DNA from: Spirochaetia bacterium
GTDB taxonomy: Bacteria; Spirochaetota; Spirochaetia; UBA9216
DNA length: 64,000 bases
Assembly: GCA_965140585.1 (NCBI GenBank)
Contig: OZ223272.1
Location: forward strand, 480,001 to 544,000
Direction: 5' to 3'
Every line of letters starts with the position of its first letter. Position 1 is the stretch's first letter. The notes under the pieces were generated by a model. That model saw nothing but the letters and a program-made list of their open reading frames with translations. It was not told the origin of the DNA and made no database searches. Made by a program: the position numbers and the translations under genes. This document shows positions 28,636 to 39,551 of this stretch, in pieces.

Positions 28636-29001
28636 ATGTATCAGATAACTTTCTTTGTACCCAAAGAACAGGCCGAAGAGGTCAAAGAGGCGATGTTTGC
28701 AGCAGGTGCCGGTGCGATGGGTGAGTACTCAAACTGCAGCTGGGAAATTGAAGGAACCGGCCAGTTTAAGCCGCTTTCAGAAAGCACTCCGTTTATAGGC
28801 GAGCGCAACAGCCTTTCAAGGATTCCCGAGTTGCGTGTTGAAATGATGTGTCTTGATGAATGCATTGAAGCGGCGCTTAAGGCTCTTGTAGACACGCATC
28901 CGTATGAAGTTCCCGCCTACTTTGCGGTTAAATTCTCAACTCTTGAAGATTTCCCCGAGGGGGTGGCGGAAGACCGGCCCGGCGTACCCGGCGGAGTATA
29001 A
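28636..29001 (+). CDS. YqfO/NIF3 PII-like domain protein
   Basis: AMFAAGAG..G.YSNCSW...GTGQFKP; HPYEVPAY. Confidence 0.88.
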   Translation: MYQITFFVPKEQAEEVKEAMFAAGAGAMGEYSNCSWEIEGTGQFKPLSESTPFIGERNSLSRIPELRVEMMCLDECIEAALKALVDTHPYEVPAYFAVKFSTLEDFPEGVAEDRPGVPGGV

Positions 29002-29078
29002 ACGAGCCGGGAGCTGTACGGCGGATTAAACCGGGCTGTAGACAGGGGGAGACTTCCCCCTCTTAGATTCTCCGGATT

Positions 29079-29342
29079 TTATTTATTGTCCGGGGTAGTA
29101 GCCTTATCAAAGGCGCGGAGGATGGTCATTGCCTCTTCATTGCTTGAGCCGCAGAACTCCGGTGTCGGGGTGAAGTTGCGGCAGGCTGAGGGGTAATCGG
29201 GGCTGTTCCAGATTGTACAGAGTCCGTGCTCATCAAGATTGACGCAGCGGACGCCACCGGGTTTACCTTCGGGCATTCCTGGTATTGCCTGGGAAATTGA
29301 AGCTTCAATACAGCATGCGGCACAGCCTTTGCGGCATTCCAT
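29079..29342 (-). CDS. YkgJ-family cysteine cluster protein
   Basis: CRKGCAACC...IPGMPEGKPGGVRC. Confidence 0.88.
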   Translation of the reverse strand: MECRKGCAACCIEASISQAIPGMPEGKPGGVRCVNLDEHGLCTIWNSPDYPSACRNFTPTPEFCGSSNEEAMTILRAFDKATTPDNK

Positions 29343-29391
29343 TTTATCCTCCGATGCCGCGATTATCTCATCTTTTTTCTATAAATACTAC

Positions 29392-29446
29392 TTGATACAA
29401 ACCGATAATAGGCGTATATTTATGCACACTTTGGTATATTTATACA
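29392..29446 (+). promoter_or_regulatory. arg operon promoter with tandem ARG boxes
   Basis: TTGATA-17-TATATT overlapped by CGTATATTTATGCA (29413) and GGTATATTTATACA (29433). Confidence 0.7.
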
Positions 29447-29458
29447 TTGGGGTTGATT

Positions 29459-29920
29459 ATGCAGAAAACACAGCGGTTTGAGGCGGTAAGAAAGATCATT
29501 CGTGAAAAACGGATAGAAAGTCAGGAACAGCTGCTTAACGAGCTGCACCGGAAGGGCTTCGACGTAACCCAGGCTACCCTGTCCAGGGATCTGAAACAGC
29601 TGAAGGTTGCAAAGGTTCCCGACGGAGTATCAGGCTACAAGTATACAATACCCGAGTACCAGAAACCGCAGAGGGAGGCAGGTGCCGCCTCTGTATATAT
29701 AGAAGATTTGCGGAGAGGCTTTGTATCACTTGCCTTTTCTGGCAATATATGTGTAATTTCAACACTTGAAGGTCATGCGAACAGCGTGGCTTCGGCCATC
29801 GATAATATCGAAGTCCCGGGGATACTGGGAACTCTGGCCGGTGACGATACAATCATGGCGGTACTGTCGGAAGGCAGCGATCGCAGGGAAATTGAAGATT
29901 TTTTCAGGGGGATAGAATGA
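29459..29920 (+). CDS. argR: Arginine repressor
   Basis: TQATLSRDL, GTLAGDDT. Confidence 0.95.
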   Translation: MQKTQRFEAVRKIIREKRIESQEQLLNELHRKGFDVTQATLSRDLKQLKVAKVPDGVSGYKYTIPEYQKPQREAGAASVYIEDLRRGFVSLAFSGNICVISTLEGHANSVASAIDNIEVPGILGTLAGDDTIMAVLSEGSDRREIEDFFRGIE

Positions 29921-30957
29921 AAGCAGCGATACTCGGAGCAACAGGTTATACGGGAATGATCCTGCTGAGGCTTCTTGCTGATCATCCGGATATTACAGAA
30001 ATCATACCGGTCTCATCATCGAGCGCCGGAAAGCATATAAAAGAAATCGACCCGGGCGTATACACTGCCCTTGCTGCAAAGACTGCGGCAACCGGCGGAT
30101 GCACGACAACCGTAGCCGAGGCGGTTAAGGCAGGGCCGGATGTTGTATTTGCAGCGCTTCCGCATCTTGAATCTGCAAAGATATGCGAACCATTCTTCGG
30201 CAAGGCTGTCATCATTGACCTTTCAGCCGACTTCAGGATCAAAAATCATGATACATTTTTCAAGGCATACGGGGTTGCTCCCGAACGTCCGGACCTGCTT
30301 GAGAAGGCAGTATACGGACTGTCTGAAATTTATACCGATGAGATCAAAAAAGCGGACCTGGTTGCAAACCCCGGCTGCTACCCTACATCTGTACTGCTTC
30401 CCACTCTTCCGATTGTTAAGGAGTTCGGACTGAAAGGCAGGGTGATAATCAATTCGCTTTCAGGAGTTTCCGGGGCCGGGAAAAAGGCTGCGGTTAACAA
30501 CCTCTTCGTTGAACGGACCGAAAACTGCGGCGCATATGCTCCCGGAACCTCGCACAGGCACCAGCCCGAGATCAAGCAGGAACTTGACCGCAATGCCGAT
30601 GTGGCCCTGCCGGTTCTTTTTACACCGCACCTTGTTCCGCTGAAACGGGGCATGGAATCAACTATAATTGTAGAACCTGCGAAGCAGCTTTCAGATGCCG
30701 ATATTGCAGCTGTATACGAGAAATACTACGGCGCAAGCCCCTTCGTTGAGGCTGACGGCGGCAGGCTGCCGCAGAGCCGTGATGTCTGGGGTTCAAACTC
30801 ATGCCGAATCAGCTGGAAAGTTGAGGACGGGGTTTTGATGCTTTTCTCGGTTATAGACAACCTCGTGAAGGGCGCATCGGGACAGGCCGTGCAGAACATG
30901 AACATCCGCTTCGGATTAAACGAAACTGCAGGTCTCAAGATCTACGGGGAACTTTAA
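29917..30957 (+). CDS. argC: N-acetyl-gamma-glutamyl-phosphate reductase
   Basis: GATGYTG, ANPGCYPT, DNLVKGASGQAVQNMN. Confidence 0.96.
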   Translation: MKAAILGATGYTGMILLRLLADHPDITEIIPVSSSSAGKHIKEIDPGVYTALAAKTAATGGCTTTVAEAVKAGPDVVFAALPHLESAKICEPFFGKAVIIDLSADFRIKNHDTFFKAYGVAPERPDLLEKAVYGLSEIYTDEIKKADLVANPGCYPTSVLLPTLPIVKEFGLKGRVIINSLSGVSGAGKKAAVNNLFVERTENCGAYAPGTSHRHQPEIKQELDRNADVALPVLFTPHLVPLKRGMESTIIVEPAKQLSDADIAAVYEKYYGASPFVEADGGRLPQSRDVWGSNSCRISWKVEDGVLMLFSVIDNLVKGASGQAVQNMNIRFGLNETAGLKIYGEL

Positions 30958-31718
30958 TGGAAACAGTACTCATCAAAATAGGCGGAAGGGCGGCTTCTGA
31001 GACAGAGGCGCTTAAGGCTCTGGCATCAGAGATGGCTGAGCTGTCATCAGAATACAGCTTCATACTCGTGCACGGCGGAGGAGCCGAGGTTACAAAGGTG
31101 TCGGAAGTCTTCGGCCTGAAGGCTGTTTTTGAAAACGGAGTAAGAAAAACGACGCCGGAGGAGATGGACATCGTGGACATGGTCCTGGCCGGCAAGATGA
31201 ATAAATACATTGTACGGCTCTTTGCCTCTATCGGGGTGAAAGCTGTAGGAGTCAGCGGCTGCGACGGCGCGGTATTTACCGGTAAATCTGTTGCAGCCGG
31301 ATCCAGAACCGGGGCTGTTACCGGGACCTCACCGGAACTGCTTAAGCTTCTGGTTGATGGCGGCTACATGCCGGTAATGTCGTCGGTTTCGATGGATGAT
31401 GCGGGAACAGCCCTCAATATCAATGCCGATGACGCGGCGCTTGCGGTTGCCTGTTCAATGCCTGCGGACAGGCTAGTGTTCATATCGGACATCCCCGGAA
31501 TACTGAAAGACGGAAAGGTGATTACAAACCTAACCCCGGCGCAGGCGGAGGCCGAGATAGAAGCAGGGGTTATTGCCGGCGGCATGATACCGAAGGTTCG
31601 TTCATCGGCCGGAGCTCTGGCAGAGGGAGTAGGCTCGGTAACTATCGGCGGATACAATGAAAGCGGAGATCTCGCTAAGCTTCTTGAACGCAGCGAGGGA
31701 ACAAACATACACAAATAA
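30957..31718 (+). CDS. argB: Acetylglutamate kinase
   Basis: IKIGG, VHGGG, NINAD, GGMIPK. Confidence 0.93.
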   Translation: METVLIKIGGRAASETEALKALASEMAELSSEYSFILVHGGGAEVTKVSEVFGLKAVFENGVRKTTPEEMDIVDMVLAGKMNKYIVRLFASIGVKAVGVSGCDGAVFTGKSVAAGSRTGAVTGTSPELLKLLVDGGYMPVMSSVSMDDAGTALNINADDAALAVACSMPADRLVFISDIPGILKDGKVITNLTPAQAEAEIEAGVIAGGMIPKVRSSAGALAEGVGSVTIGGYNESGDLAKLLERSEGTNIHK

Positions 31719-31740
31719 TACTAAGACAGGAATATATATT

Positions 31741-32973
31741 ATGGAACACATGGAAAAATATGAAGTAACGACGGAAGCATACGATGTTCCCTACCCCAAC
31801 AACTATACGGTCCCTTTCCATATCTTTGAACATGGAAAAGGCTGTTATGTATACGACAAGGCAGGGAAGGAATACCTTGATTTCGGAAGCGGGATAGCGG
31901 TAAACGCCCTCGGACACGGCAGGGATGACCTTGCACTTACCGCATATGAGCAGATGAAGAAACTGATTCACGTTTCGAACCTCTACACAACCGAGCCGAC
32001 CCTCGAACTCGGCTTCAAGCTGACATCCTCAGGCAATTTCGAAGCGGTTCATTTCGGTAACAGCGGCTCTGAAGCGAACGAGGCTGCAATAAAGTACGCA
32101 AGAGTCTATTCGCTGCGGACAAAGGGAGAAGGACATCACAAACTGCTGTCCTTCACCAACGCCTTTCACGGAAGGACTCTCGGGGCGCTCAGCTGCACAC
32201 CGACCCCCAAGTACCAGGAGCCCTTCGGGCCGCTTGTACCGGGTATTGAAACCTGCACATATAACGATGCGGCTGAACTTGAGAAGGTACTTGACGACAG
32301 CTTTGCAGCAGTAATCGTTGAACCGGTACAGGGCGAGGGCGGCCTGACCGTGATGACTGCGGAGTTTGCCGCAAAGCTCAACGAACTGTGTAAAAAGTTC
32401 GATGTAATTCTTATTGCAGATGAGGTTCAGACAGGAATTGGCCGTACCGGCTTTCCATATGCCTCATCAATCGTAGGGCTTGAACCGGATATAATCACCC
32501 TGTCAAAACCCCTCGCGGGAGGACTCCCGCTTTCTGCAACACTGATACCCAAAAAGGTTAACAAGATCATCCACGCGGGAGAGCATGGAACCACCTTCGG
32601 AGGCGGACCTGTTACCTGCGCCGTTGCAAACAAGGTTCTGGATATCATCTTTACTCCTGATTTCCTTGCTGATGTACAGGCCAAGGGCGAATACCTTGCT
32701 GAAGGTCTGAAAGCTCTTTCCGACAAGTACGAGGCAGCCGGCGAAGTGAAGGGCCTTGGAATGCTTCGGGGCCTGGCAATCGGGACAGCCGACGAGGAAG
32801 GAATGACACTCTGCGGAAAGGTCATATCCGAGGGTAAGGAGAAGGGGCTGCTGTTGCTTCGTTCAGGAAAAAATATCCTGCGCATAGCACCTCCGCTTGT
32901 TATAACAAAGGAAGAAATAGACAAAGGTCTTAACATAATTGAAAGCATTTTAAAGGAGATTCAGAATGGCTGA
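31741..32973 (+). CDS. argD: Acetylornithine aminotransferase
   Basis: [26 protein letters not shown]. Confidence 0.92.
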   Translation: MEHMEKYEVTTEAYDVPYPNNYTVPFHIFEHGKGCYVYDKAGKEYLDFGSGIAVNALGHGRDDLALTAYEQMKKLIHVSNLYTTEPTLELGFKLTSSGNFEAVHFGNSGSEANEAAIKYARVYSLRTKGEGHHKLLSFTNAFHGRTLGALSCTPTPKYQEPFGPLVPGIETCTYNDAAELEKVLDDSFAAVIVEPVQGEGGLTVMTAEFAAKLNELCKKFDVILIADEVQTGIGRTGFPYASSIVGLEPDIITLSKPLAGGLPLSATLIPKKVNKIIHAGEHGTTFGGGPVTCAVANKVLDIIFTPDFLADVQAKGEYLAEGLKALSDKYEAAGEVKGLGMLRGLAIGTADEEGMTLCGKVISEGKEKGLLLLRSGKNILRIAPPLVITKEEIDKGLNIIESILKEIQNG

Positions 32974-34240
32974 CAAAGAAATAAAGAAAATAGTACTCGC
33001 CTACTCCGGCGGACTCGACACTTCAATAATCATCCCCTGGCTGAAGGAAAACTACAACGATGCTGAGATCATCGGCTGCTGCACCAACGTCGGCCAGGAT
33101 GAAGACTGGGACGGAATGGAAGAGAAGGCGCTTAAATCAGGCGCAAGCAAACTCTACATCAAGGACATCAAGGATGAATTTGCGGAAGACTTCCTGTTCA
33201 AAATCATCCGTGCCGGTGCAAAATACGAAGGCAAGTACCTGCTTGGTACATCAATCGCAAGACCCCTTCAGGCAAAGCACATCGCAGAGGTAGCTCTCGC
33301 TGAAGGTGCCGACGCAATCTGCCACGGATGTACAGGCAAGGGCAACGACCAGGTTCGTTTCGAACTTACTTTCAAGGCACTTGCGCCCCACCTCAAGGTA
33401 ATTGCTCCCTGGAGAATATGGGACATCACAAGCCGTGAACAGGCCATCGACTATGCAAAGGCACACAACGTTCCGCTTGGAAATATCACAAAGAAGAACA
33501 TCTACTCACGCGACTGGAACATCTGGCACATGAGCCATGAGGGCGGTGATCTGGAAGATCCGTGGAACAGACCGAAAGAGGAAATGTTCCAGCTTACAAA
33601 GTCACCCGCTGACGCACCCGATGCTGAAACAGAGATCACAATTGACTTTGAAAAATCATTCCCTGTTGCCCTCAACGGCAAGAAGATGAGCGGATTTGAA
33701 ATCATTGCTGAGCTCAACAAGATTGGCGCTGCAAACGGAATCGGACGTTCCGACCTGGTTGAAACCCGTGTTGTTGGAATGAAAAGCCGCGGTGTTTACG
33801 AGACTCCGGCAGGAGAGATCCTTTACAAGGCTGTCCGCGAACTTGAAATGCTCACAATGGACTACGATACACTGAGCATGAAAGACACTTTAAGCCTCAA
33901 GTACGCGGACCTCGTATACTGCGGAAAGTGGTTCACCCCGGTAAGAGAATCAATCGATGCATACATGGATAAGGCTGCCGAATACACAACCGGTTCTGTA
34001 AGGCTTGTCCTCTACAAGGGAAATGTAATCATAGCCGGAAGGAAATCACCCTACTCCATCTACATCGAGGATCTTGCCTCATTCGGAGAGAGTGCCTACG
34101 ATCATCATGATGCAACCGGATTCATCAATCTTTACGGTCTTTCAACAGGTGTAACAGCCATGGTGCACAAGAACGTAAATGTTTCCGGCGGACAGGTTGA
34201 GGAGATAGTTGCCACTGCGGCGACCTTCCACGACAAATAA
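32966..34240 (+). CDS. argG: Argininosuccinate synthase
   Basis: [32 protein letters not shown]. Confidence 0.97.
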   Translation: MADKEIKKIVLAYSGGLDTSIIIPWLKENYNDAEIIGCCTNVGQDEDWDGMEEKALKSGASKLYIKDIKDEFAEDFLFKIIRAGAKYEGKYLLGTSIARPLQAKHIAEVALAEGADAICHGCTGKGNDQVRFELTFKALAPHLKVIAPWRIWDITSREQAIDYAKAHNVPLGNITKKNIYSRDWNIWHMSHEGGDLEDPWNRPKEEMFQLTKSPADAPDAETEITIDFEKSFPVALNGKKMSGFEIIAELNKIGAANGIGRSDLVETRVVGMKSRGVYETPAGEILYKAVRELEMLTMDYDTLSMKDTLSLKYADLVYCGKWFTPVRESIDAYMDKAAEYTTGSVRLVLYKGNVIIAGRKSPYSIYIEDLASFGESAYDHHDATGFINLYGLSTGVTAMVHKNVNVSGGQVEEIVATAATFHDK

Positions 34241-34254
34241 TCCAGGAAATAAAT

Positions 34255-34731
34255 ATGGAAAATATCATTATGCGGCGGGCAACCGCCGATGATGTTGACA
34301 GCATCTATAATCTTACATCTGGCATGGCAGCACAGGGGCTTATGCTTATGCGCAGCAAGTACAAGATAGTCACAACACTGACTACATACTTTGTAGCCGA
34401 GGACAGTGAAAGCAAGAAGATCGTAGCCTGCGGTTCGCTTGCTCCGCTTTGGACCGACCTCTGCGAGGTATGCGCCCTTGCCGTCCATCCGGTCTGGCAG
34501 GGAAAGGGGCTTGGAAAAAAGCTGGTCCTGGAACTGATTGAAGAAGCAAAATGGATAAGAATTCCCAGGGTCATAACCCTGACCTATCAGGTGAAGTTCT
34601 TTCAGAAGCTCGGGTTTACTATTGTGGACAAGAACGAGTTCCCCAGAAAGCTCTGGCGTGAATGTCTTGAGTGTCCTAAACTCGAAGCCTGTGATGAAAC
34701 AGCACTGGTGATAGATACCGATTTGAGCTGA
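34255..34731 (+). CDS. argA: Short GNAT N-acetyltransferase, probable N-acetylglutamate synthase
   Basis: QGKGLG acetyl-CoA motif, LTYQ..FF..LGF, K.WRECLEC; last gene of the arg operon. Confidence 0.75.
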   Translation: MENIIMRRATADDVDSIYNLTSGMAAQGLMLMRSKYKIVTTLTTYFVAEDSESKKIVACGSLAPLWTDLCEVCALAVHPVWQGKGLGKKLVLELIEEAKWIRIPRVITLTYQVKFFQKLGFTIVDKNEFPRKLWRECLECPKLEACDETALVIDTDLS

Positions 34732-34753
34732 TTTATCAGCGTAAGAATTTGAG

Positions 34754-34782
34754 GCATGGATGACTCAATCCATGCTTTTTTT
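34754..34782 (+). terminator. Rho-independent terminator of the arg operon
   Basis: GCATGGAT...ATCCATGC-TTTTTTT. Confidence 0.8.
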
Positions 34783-34807
34783 ATACAGTTTCAATCTTAA
34801 ATACTGA

Positions 34808-34836
34808 TTGACCGTTTATTCATCTGGAAGTATGAT
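34808..34836 (+). promoter_or_regulatory. sigma70 promoter of the IclR gene
   Basis: TTGACC-17-TATGAT. Confidence 0.55.
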
Positions 34837-34853
34837 TCATGAAGGTATCATGA

Positions 34854-35609
34854 ATGAGTAGTTTCCAATCACTTGACCGGGCAATTGAAATTCTGTTTGT
34901 CTTTACAAACACCACTCCGCATATGACCGCTGAAGAGATAGCGGCAAAAGCAAACCTGCCCAGAGGCAGCATATACAGATACATCAATGCCCTTATGGAA
35001 AACGGGCTCATTGAAAGATGTCCGAACAGCAATAAATTCCAACTTGGCTACAAGCTCTTATATTTTCAATCTGTCATACATCAAAATGATGTTCTGGAAG
35101 ATATCGCCCTTCCGTACATGCGGAAAATACACGAAGCTACATCCGAAACCGTCCAGCTTGCGCTATACAGAGACGGAATGGCAATCCCCATCGAAGCAAT
35201 TGAATCTACGGCTTCTGTACGGGTAGCGCCTCCTATTGGCAAAATGGTACCTCTTCACGCAGGAGCCAATAACAAGGTAATACTGGCATTCCGACCGGAT
35301 GAAGAAATAAAACAGATTCTAAGTAAACCAGTTGAAAAATTCACAGAATCTTCTCCCGTTGATCCGGAGCAGATATGGGAAAATATCAGGACTATAAGAA
35401 AAGACGGCTACGCTTACTCCTGTGAAGAAATGCATTATGGAGCATACGGTATCTCGGCCCCTATTCTCGACCGTAACGGTCATGCGATTGCCAGCATCGG
35501 AGTCTCCGGTCCCATAATAAGAATTTCAGACGAAATGAGAAAATCAGTCAAAGACATTCTTATAAAGGCAACTACAGAAATATCAGATCGTTTCAGATTC
35601 AGTAAATAA
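34854..35609 (+). CDS. IclR-family transcriptional regulator
   Basis: QSLDRAIEIL HTH; IRKDGYA...E......ISAPI. Confidence 0.92.
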   Translation: MSSFQSLDRAIEILFVFTNTTPHMTAEEIAAKANLPRGSIYRYINALMENGLIERCPNSNKFQLGYKLLYFQSVIHQNDVLEDIALPYMRKIHEATSETVQLALYRDGMAIPIEAIESTASVRVAPPIGKMVPLHAGANNKVILAFRPDEEIKQILSKPVEKFTESSPVDPEQIWENIRTIRKDGYAYSCEEMHYGAYGISAPILDRNGHAIASIGVSGPIIRISDEMRKSVKDILIKATTEISDRFRFSK

Positions 35610-35691
35610 ACCCAGACCTATTTTAATCACACATTGAGAGCAATATTCACAGCAGAAATTCACGACTCCTGAACTTCAGCATAAAATAAAA

Positions 35692-35725
35692 TTGACAGGT
35701 TAATTATATTATCATAGAATGATAA
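35692..35725 (+). promoter_or_regulatory. TRAP operon promoter with palindromic operator
   Basis: TTGACA-17-TAGAAT; TTATCA-TAGAA-TGATAA palindrome over the -10 element. Confidence 0.65.
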
Positions 35726-35763
35726 CCGTGTTCACATAGTGATAAAGGAGTTCGATTAATTCT

Positions 35764-36261
35764 ATGAGAAAAGACTCAAAAGGACAGCCAATAGAAACGT
35801 ATTTGAATCTGGCCACGACTTTTGTTCTGATTCTGATGCTCACGCTTCAAATTCTTGCAAGATTTGTTTTCCACAAATCAATAGCCTGGACTGAAGAAGT
35901 ATCAAGAATCGCATTTGTCTGGCTGGTTTATTCAGCAATGGTGTATGCCGCAGGTATGGATAAACATATCCGGCTTACTTTCTTCCTGATGAAAATACCA
36001 AAAGCTGGGCAGAAAATAGTACTTACACTAGCCGATACACTCTGGCTGGCCATGAATGTACTTATTACCTACCAAAGTATTTTCTATATCATCCGTCTAT
36101 TTAAATTTCCCTATATCTCTCAAACACTGGGAATCAATCTTGTCTGGGTTTATTTTATTGTCCCGATAGGATTCGGCCTTAAATCGTTCAGAATCATCCA
36201 ATGCATGATTGGCAGGTTTAAAAACGATATTGAACTTTACGACTCAAGAATGGATATGTAG
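35764..36261 (+). CDS. dctQ: TRAP transporter small permease
   Basis: WTEEVSR, HIR, four TM segments. Confidence 0.9.
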   Translation: MRKDSKGQPIETYLNLATTFVLILMLTLQILARFVFHKSIAWTEEVSRIAFVWLVYSAMVYAAGMDKHIRLTFFLMKIPKAGQKIVLTLADTLWLAMNVLITYQSIFYIIRLFKFPYISQTLGINLVWVYFIVPIGFGLKSFRIIQCMIGRFKNDIELYDSRMDM

Positions 36262-36272
36262 GGAGTATTGAT

Positions 36273-37562
36273 ATGAGCATAGTTTTATTAATGGTAATCG
36301 GTCTTATTTTATTCCTGATAATTGGCCTCCCGGTAGCTGTAAGTCTTGGAACAACAGCCTTGATCGGACTGATTGGAAAAGGAATTCCACTTGAATACAT
36401 TGCAAAGACAGCATACAACGCTGTTGATTCATTCACTGTAATAGCAATTCCCATGTTTATCCTTTCGGGCGCTATCATGGAAAAAGGAGGTCTGACAAGA
36501 AGGCTGGTTAATTTTGCCAAATCATGTGTCGGAAATACAAGCGGCGGCCTGGCAATCGTAACAGTTCTTACCTGCACGATGTTCGCAGCAATTTCAGGTT
36601 CCGGTCCAGCTACAACAGCAGCAATCGGTTCTATTCTTGTTCCCGCAATGATTCATGAAGGATATGGAAAAGATTTCGCAGGCAGCGTCGCAGCCTGTTC
36701 CGGCGGCATAGGAGTTGTAATACCTCCAAGCATACTGATGATTATGTATGGAGTAGCCGCGGAACAGTCAATAACAACATTATTCATGGCCGGTGTAATA
36801 CCGGGGCTGCTTCTTGCTGTCTTTCTTATCGGAACTGTAAAACTGATAAGCTGGAAAAGAGGCTACAGCTCAAAAGAAAATGAACAGAGAAATGTAAAAT
36901 CATTTTTTAAGAGCCTGGCTGATGCAAAGTGGGCACTGCTTTCACCGGTAATAATTCTTGGAGGCATTTACGGTGGAATCTTCACAGTTACCGAAGCATC
37001 CATAGTCTCAGTTCTTTACGCGTTATTCATCAGCACAGTAGTTTACAGGGAACTGACCTGGAAAACCTTGAAAGAGACAATTCTCTACATGGCAAGAATG
37101 ACGGGAACAGTGCTTGTCATCCTCATGTTCGGAACAATCTTCGGCCGTGTTCTCACAATCTATCAGGTACCGCAGCAGGTTTCAGAAGCACTTATTACCA
37201 CGATTAAAAACCCGGTAGTACTGATTCTTCTGATCGATCTCATGCTGCTGTTTATCGGGATGTGGATGGAGAGTATTACACAGATAGTCATCTTGACTCC
37301 TCTTCTTCTCCCGGCTGTGGTCGCAGCAGGAGTTCATCCAATTCAATTCGGAATCATGTTTACTATTGCCTGCGAAATAGGATATGAGACACCTCCGCTC
37401 GGAGTAAATCTTTTTGTAGCTAGCGAGCTGGCGGAAACGACTATAGAAGGAATAAGCAGAGAGGCTGTAGTTCTCGCTCTGGCAGAAATTGCGGCGCTTG
37501 TCCTGGTAAGCCTTATCCCTGAAATATCACTCTTTCTCCCTAAACTACTGGGAATGATATAG
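36273..37562 (+). CDS. dctM: TRAP transporter large permease
   Basis: AIPMFIL, ISGSGPA, IPPSI, TPPLGVNLFV. Confidence 0.93.
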   Translation: MSIVLLMVIGLILFLIIGLPVAVSLGTTALIGLIGKGIPLEYIAKTAYNAVDSFTVIAIPMFILSGAIMEKGGLTRRLVNFAKSCVGNTSGGLAIVTVLTCTMFAAISGSGPATTAAIGSILVPAMIHEGYGKDFAGSVAACSGGIGVVIPPSILMIMYGVAAEQSITTLFMAGVIPGLLLAVFLIGTVKLISWKRGYSSKENEQRNVKSFFKSLADAKWALLSPVIILGGIYGGIFTVTEASIVSVLYALFISTVVYRELTWKTLKETILYMARMTGTVLVILMFGTIFGRVLTIYQVPQQVSEALITTIKNPVVLILLIDLMLLFIGMWMESITQIVILTPLLLPAVVAAGVHPIQFGIMFTIACEIGYETPPLGVNLFVASELAETTIEGISREAVVLALAEIAALVLVSLIPEISLFLPKLLGMI

Positions 37563-37611
37563 GCATTTGTTTTTATTAACACCAAATAAATTTTTTATAA
37601 GGAGTATTTTG

Positions 37612-38619
37612 ATGAAAAGAGTACTGTTGGCGGTTTTATTTATAGCCGTTGTATTGGGAAGTGTGTTTGCCTCCGGCGAACAGGAAAACGGAGGTGAAAA
37701 AACTTACACAATTAAATTGAGCCATTCAAACACCGAGCAGGATCAAATTGGTCAGGCATCTGATCTGTTTAAAGCAAAGCTTGAAGAGTACAGCAACGGA
37801 AGAATCAAGGTAGAAGTCTACCCGATGAGTCAGCTTGGAACAGAACAGGAAAACGTTCAGGATGTAGCATCAGGAAGTATTGAAGCAGCTATCATTTATA
37901 CAGGAAACTATAAACCATTCGCACCGTCATGCGGTGTATTAATGCTTCCATATATCTTTAAAAACAATACAGAAGCCTGGAATGGAATGGATTCTATAGC
38001 CGGGGAACTCAATGAAAGAGTAATCGCTGAATCAGGTACCAGAATAATTGGCTATTTTGACCGTGGTTTCAGATACCTCACTAACTCAAAAAAACCTGTT
38101 AATACCATCGAAGATCTTAAAGGTCTGAAGATTCGAGTATCCAAGGTTGATATTGCTATAGAAACATTCAAAGCATGGGGTCTTGAACCGGTGCCTATGG
38201 CATGGGCTGAAGTACCAACTGCGCTTCAGCAGAAAGTAATAGACGGACAGGAAAACCCATACGCTACAATATGCAGCCAGAAATTCTATGAAACTCAGGA
38301 CTATGTTACAGAGATTCACTACCTGATATGGACAGGACCTATTATTATCAACAATGCTTTTTATGAAAGCCTTCCTGCAGATCTTCAGGCTGCTGTTGAT
38401 AAAGCCGGACAGGAAGCTGCCCAGTTCGCCAGAGACTTTGCAACAGAAAGTGAAAATAACGCAAAAAAGATCGTTGAAGAAAAAGGCATGATTCTCAACG
38501 GCCCCCCTGCTGATGAAGAAGTATGGCAGAAAAAAGCCCAGGAAATATGGCCGATGTTTTATGAAGGCGTTGGCGGAGAAGACTGGGTAGAAAAAGCCCT
38601 TTCTTTGATGGGTAAATAA
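37612..38619 (+). CDS. dctP: TRAP transporter substrate-binding protein
   Basis: DLKGLKIRV, ALQQKVIDGQENP. Confidence 0.93.
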   Translation: MKRVLLAVLFIAVVLGSVFASGEQENGGEKTYTIKLSHSNTEQDQIGQASDLFKAKLEEYSNGRIKVEVYPMSQLGTEQENVQDVASGSIEAAIIYTGNYKPFAPSCGVLMLPYIFKNNTEAWNGMDSIAGELNERVIAESGTRIIGYFDRGFRYLTNSKKPVNTIEDLKGLKIRVSKVDIAIETFKAWGLEPVPMAWAEVPTALQQKVIDGQENPYATICSQKFYETQDYVTEIHYLIWTGPIIINNAFYESLPADLQAAVDKAGQEAAQFARDFATESENNAKKIVEEKGMILNGPPADEEVWQKKAQEIWPMFYEGVGGEDWVEKALSLMGK

Positions 38620-38677
38620 ATCCATTTAAGTGAACCGGTATATCGCCGGTTCACATATTAACTTTACAGGAAGAATT

Positions 38678-39511
38678 ATGAAGGAAACCCGAATATTTGA
38701 CATAAAAGGGAGAAGTTGTATTATAACAGGGGCAGGAGGAGCAATCTGTGGAACTTTGGCTCAGGCACTTGGTTCTGAAGGAGCCGAAATTGCAGTCCTG
38801 GATATCAATAAAGAAAATGCGGAAGCAATCGCCCACAACATTGATCTGGCCGGAGGAAAAGCACTCCCCTATGTCTGCAATGTTCTGGACAGGGAGAATC
38901 TCTTGTCAGTAAATGAATCTATAATAAAAGAGATAGGTTCTCCCGATTTTCTTATAAATGGTGCAGGAGGCAACAACCCCGGTGGCAGCACCGATCATGA
39001 ATATTATGACACAGCTCCTGACTCAATATCATTCAATGACCTATCATACGAAGGGATGCTTAAAACATTCCAGCTGAACTATTTTGGAACAGTTCTTCCT
39101 ATTCAAGTGTTTTCAAAAGGAATGCTTGAAAGAAAAAAAGGATCAATTATAAACTTTGCATCGGCGAGTTCAATGACACCTCTGACCAAGGTTGTAAGTT
39201 ATTCTTCGGCAAAGGCGGCAATTGCCAATCTGACTAAATGGCTGGCTGTTCATTATTCTCCCTACAATGTCAGAGTTAACGCTCTTGCACCGGGTTTTAT
39301 AATGACCGAACAGCTTAAATTCCTCCATATAGATTCCAATGGTAACTATACCGAAAGAGCAAAAAAAGTAGTAGAACACACTCCGTTTAAACGTTACGGT
39401 GAGGCTGAAGAATTAGTTGGTGCTGTTTTATGGCTCCTTTCTGATGCAGCATCTTTTACAACAGGTTCGGTTATACCTGTTGATGGGGGCTTTACATCCT
39501 ACTCGATTTAA
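38678..39511 (+). CDS. SDR oxidoreductase, D-mannonate oxidoreductase-like
   Basis: NGAGGNNP, PLTKVVSYSSAKAA, EELVG. Confidence 0.8.
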   Translation: MKETRIFDIKGRSCIITGAGGAICGTLAQALGSEGAEIAVLDINKENAEAIAHNIDLAGGKALPYVCNVLDRENLLSVNESIIKEIGSPDFLINGAGGNNPGGSTDHEYYDTAPDSISFNDLSYEGMLKTFQLNYFGTVLPIQVFSKGMLERKKGSIINFASASSMTPLTKVVSYSSAKAAIANLTKWLAVHYSPYNVRVNALAPGFIMTEQLKFLHIDSNGNYTERAKKVVEHTPFKRYGEAEELVGAVLWLLSDAASFTTGSVIPVDGGFTSYSI

Positions 39512-39551
39512 ATATTTAATCATATAGCAAACAATCAAGAGGAGACAAAAC

